DNA of 44,966 nt from an uncultured Deinococcaceae bacterium (GTDB lineage: Bacteria; Deinococcota; Deinococci; Deinococcales; Deinococcaceae), in contig CAXULY010000044.1 of NCBI GenBank assembly GCA_964252075.1, positions 1 through 44,966 on the forward strand, read 5' to 3'. The position numbers were made by a program, and so were the translations under genes. The notes beneath the pieces are model-generated. The model did not search any database. It saw only the letters and a program-made list of their open reading frames with translations, and was not told the DNA's origin. Each line of letters starts with the position of its first letter. Within the stretch, counting starts at the first letter, position 1. Of this stretch, positions 44,831-44,966 are shown in pieces.

Positions 44831-44966
44831 TCAACGGCGACCGAGTTTCGGGTCGGTGTCGGAGAGGGTGGTGCCGGTGCCGTCGACTTCGACGTCGCCG
44901 GTCTTGTTGACGTCGAGGACTTCCTTGCCGACGGTGTCGGTGTAGGTCTGGCGTTCGGTCTCGGTG
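44831..44966 (-). CDS. C-terminus of a second YsnF/DUF2382 protein (5' part outside window)
   Basis: Manual translation TETERQTYTDTVGKEVLDVNKTGDVEVDG...GRR*. Confidence 0.7.
   Translation of the reverse strand, partial: TETERQTYTDTVGKEVLDVNKTGDVEVDGTGTTLSDTDPKLGRR

Overview
High-GC bacterial chromosomal window, most likely Deinococcus (inferred from gene content and from -10 boxes lying 6-8 nt before many start codons, i.e. leaderless genes). Core and metabolic genes: tandem gdhA/gdhB, ygfZ, purA, phoB-phoR-phoU, slyD, der, endonuclease III, gmk, macrodomain protein, tal and tkt. Signalling and accessory genes: a 4xPAS histidine kinase with an Rcp1-like regulator, two DinB paralogs, a GH43 lipoprotein, an AAA+/VWA pair, an ECF sigma factor with a bactofilin-like multipass partner, an AraC/MFS pair and a class II photolyase. 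There is also a deletion scar joining LysR and TDT-transporter remnants. The right end is a stress-type cluster (DUF2383, two YsnF/DUF2382 genes). It includes a tightly coupled four-gene operon: TPP enzyme, Mo-bisPGD oxidoreductase lacking the fourth Fe-S Cys, ferritin-like protein and HPP membrane protein. The best candidates for new biology are (i) that operon, (ii) a terminator hairpin overlapping the predicted purA start site, which could sense ATP/GTP through start-site choice, (iii) a pseudo-receiver/DUF4388 gene missed by the ORF track that carries an internal in-frame RBS, and (iv) the ECF module with a leaderless uORF and an internal ECF promoter. No rRNA, tRNA, CRISPR array or transposase was seen. 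All family calls come from motif recognition by eye, not from database searches.
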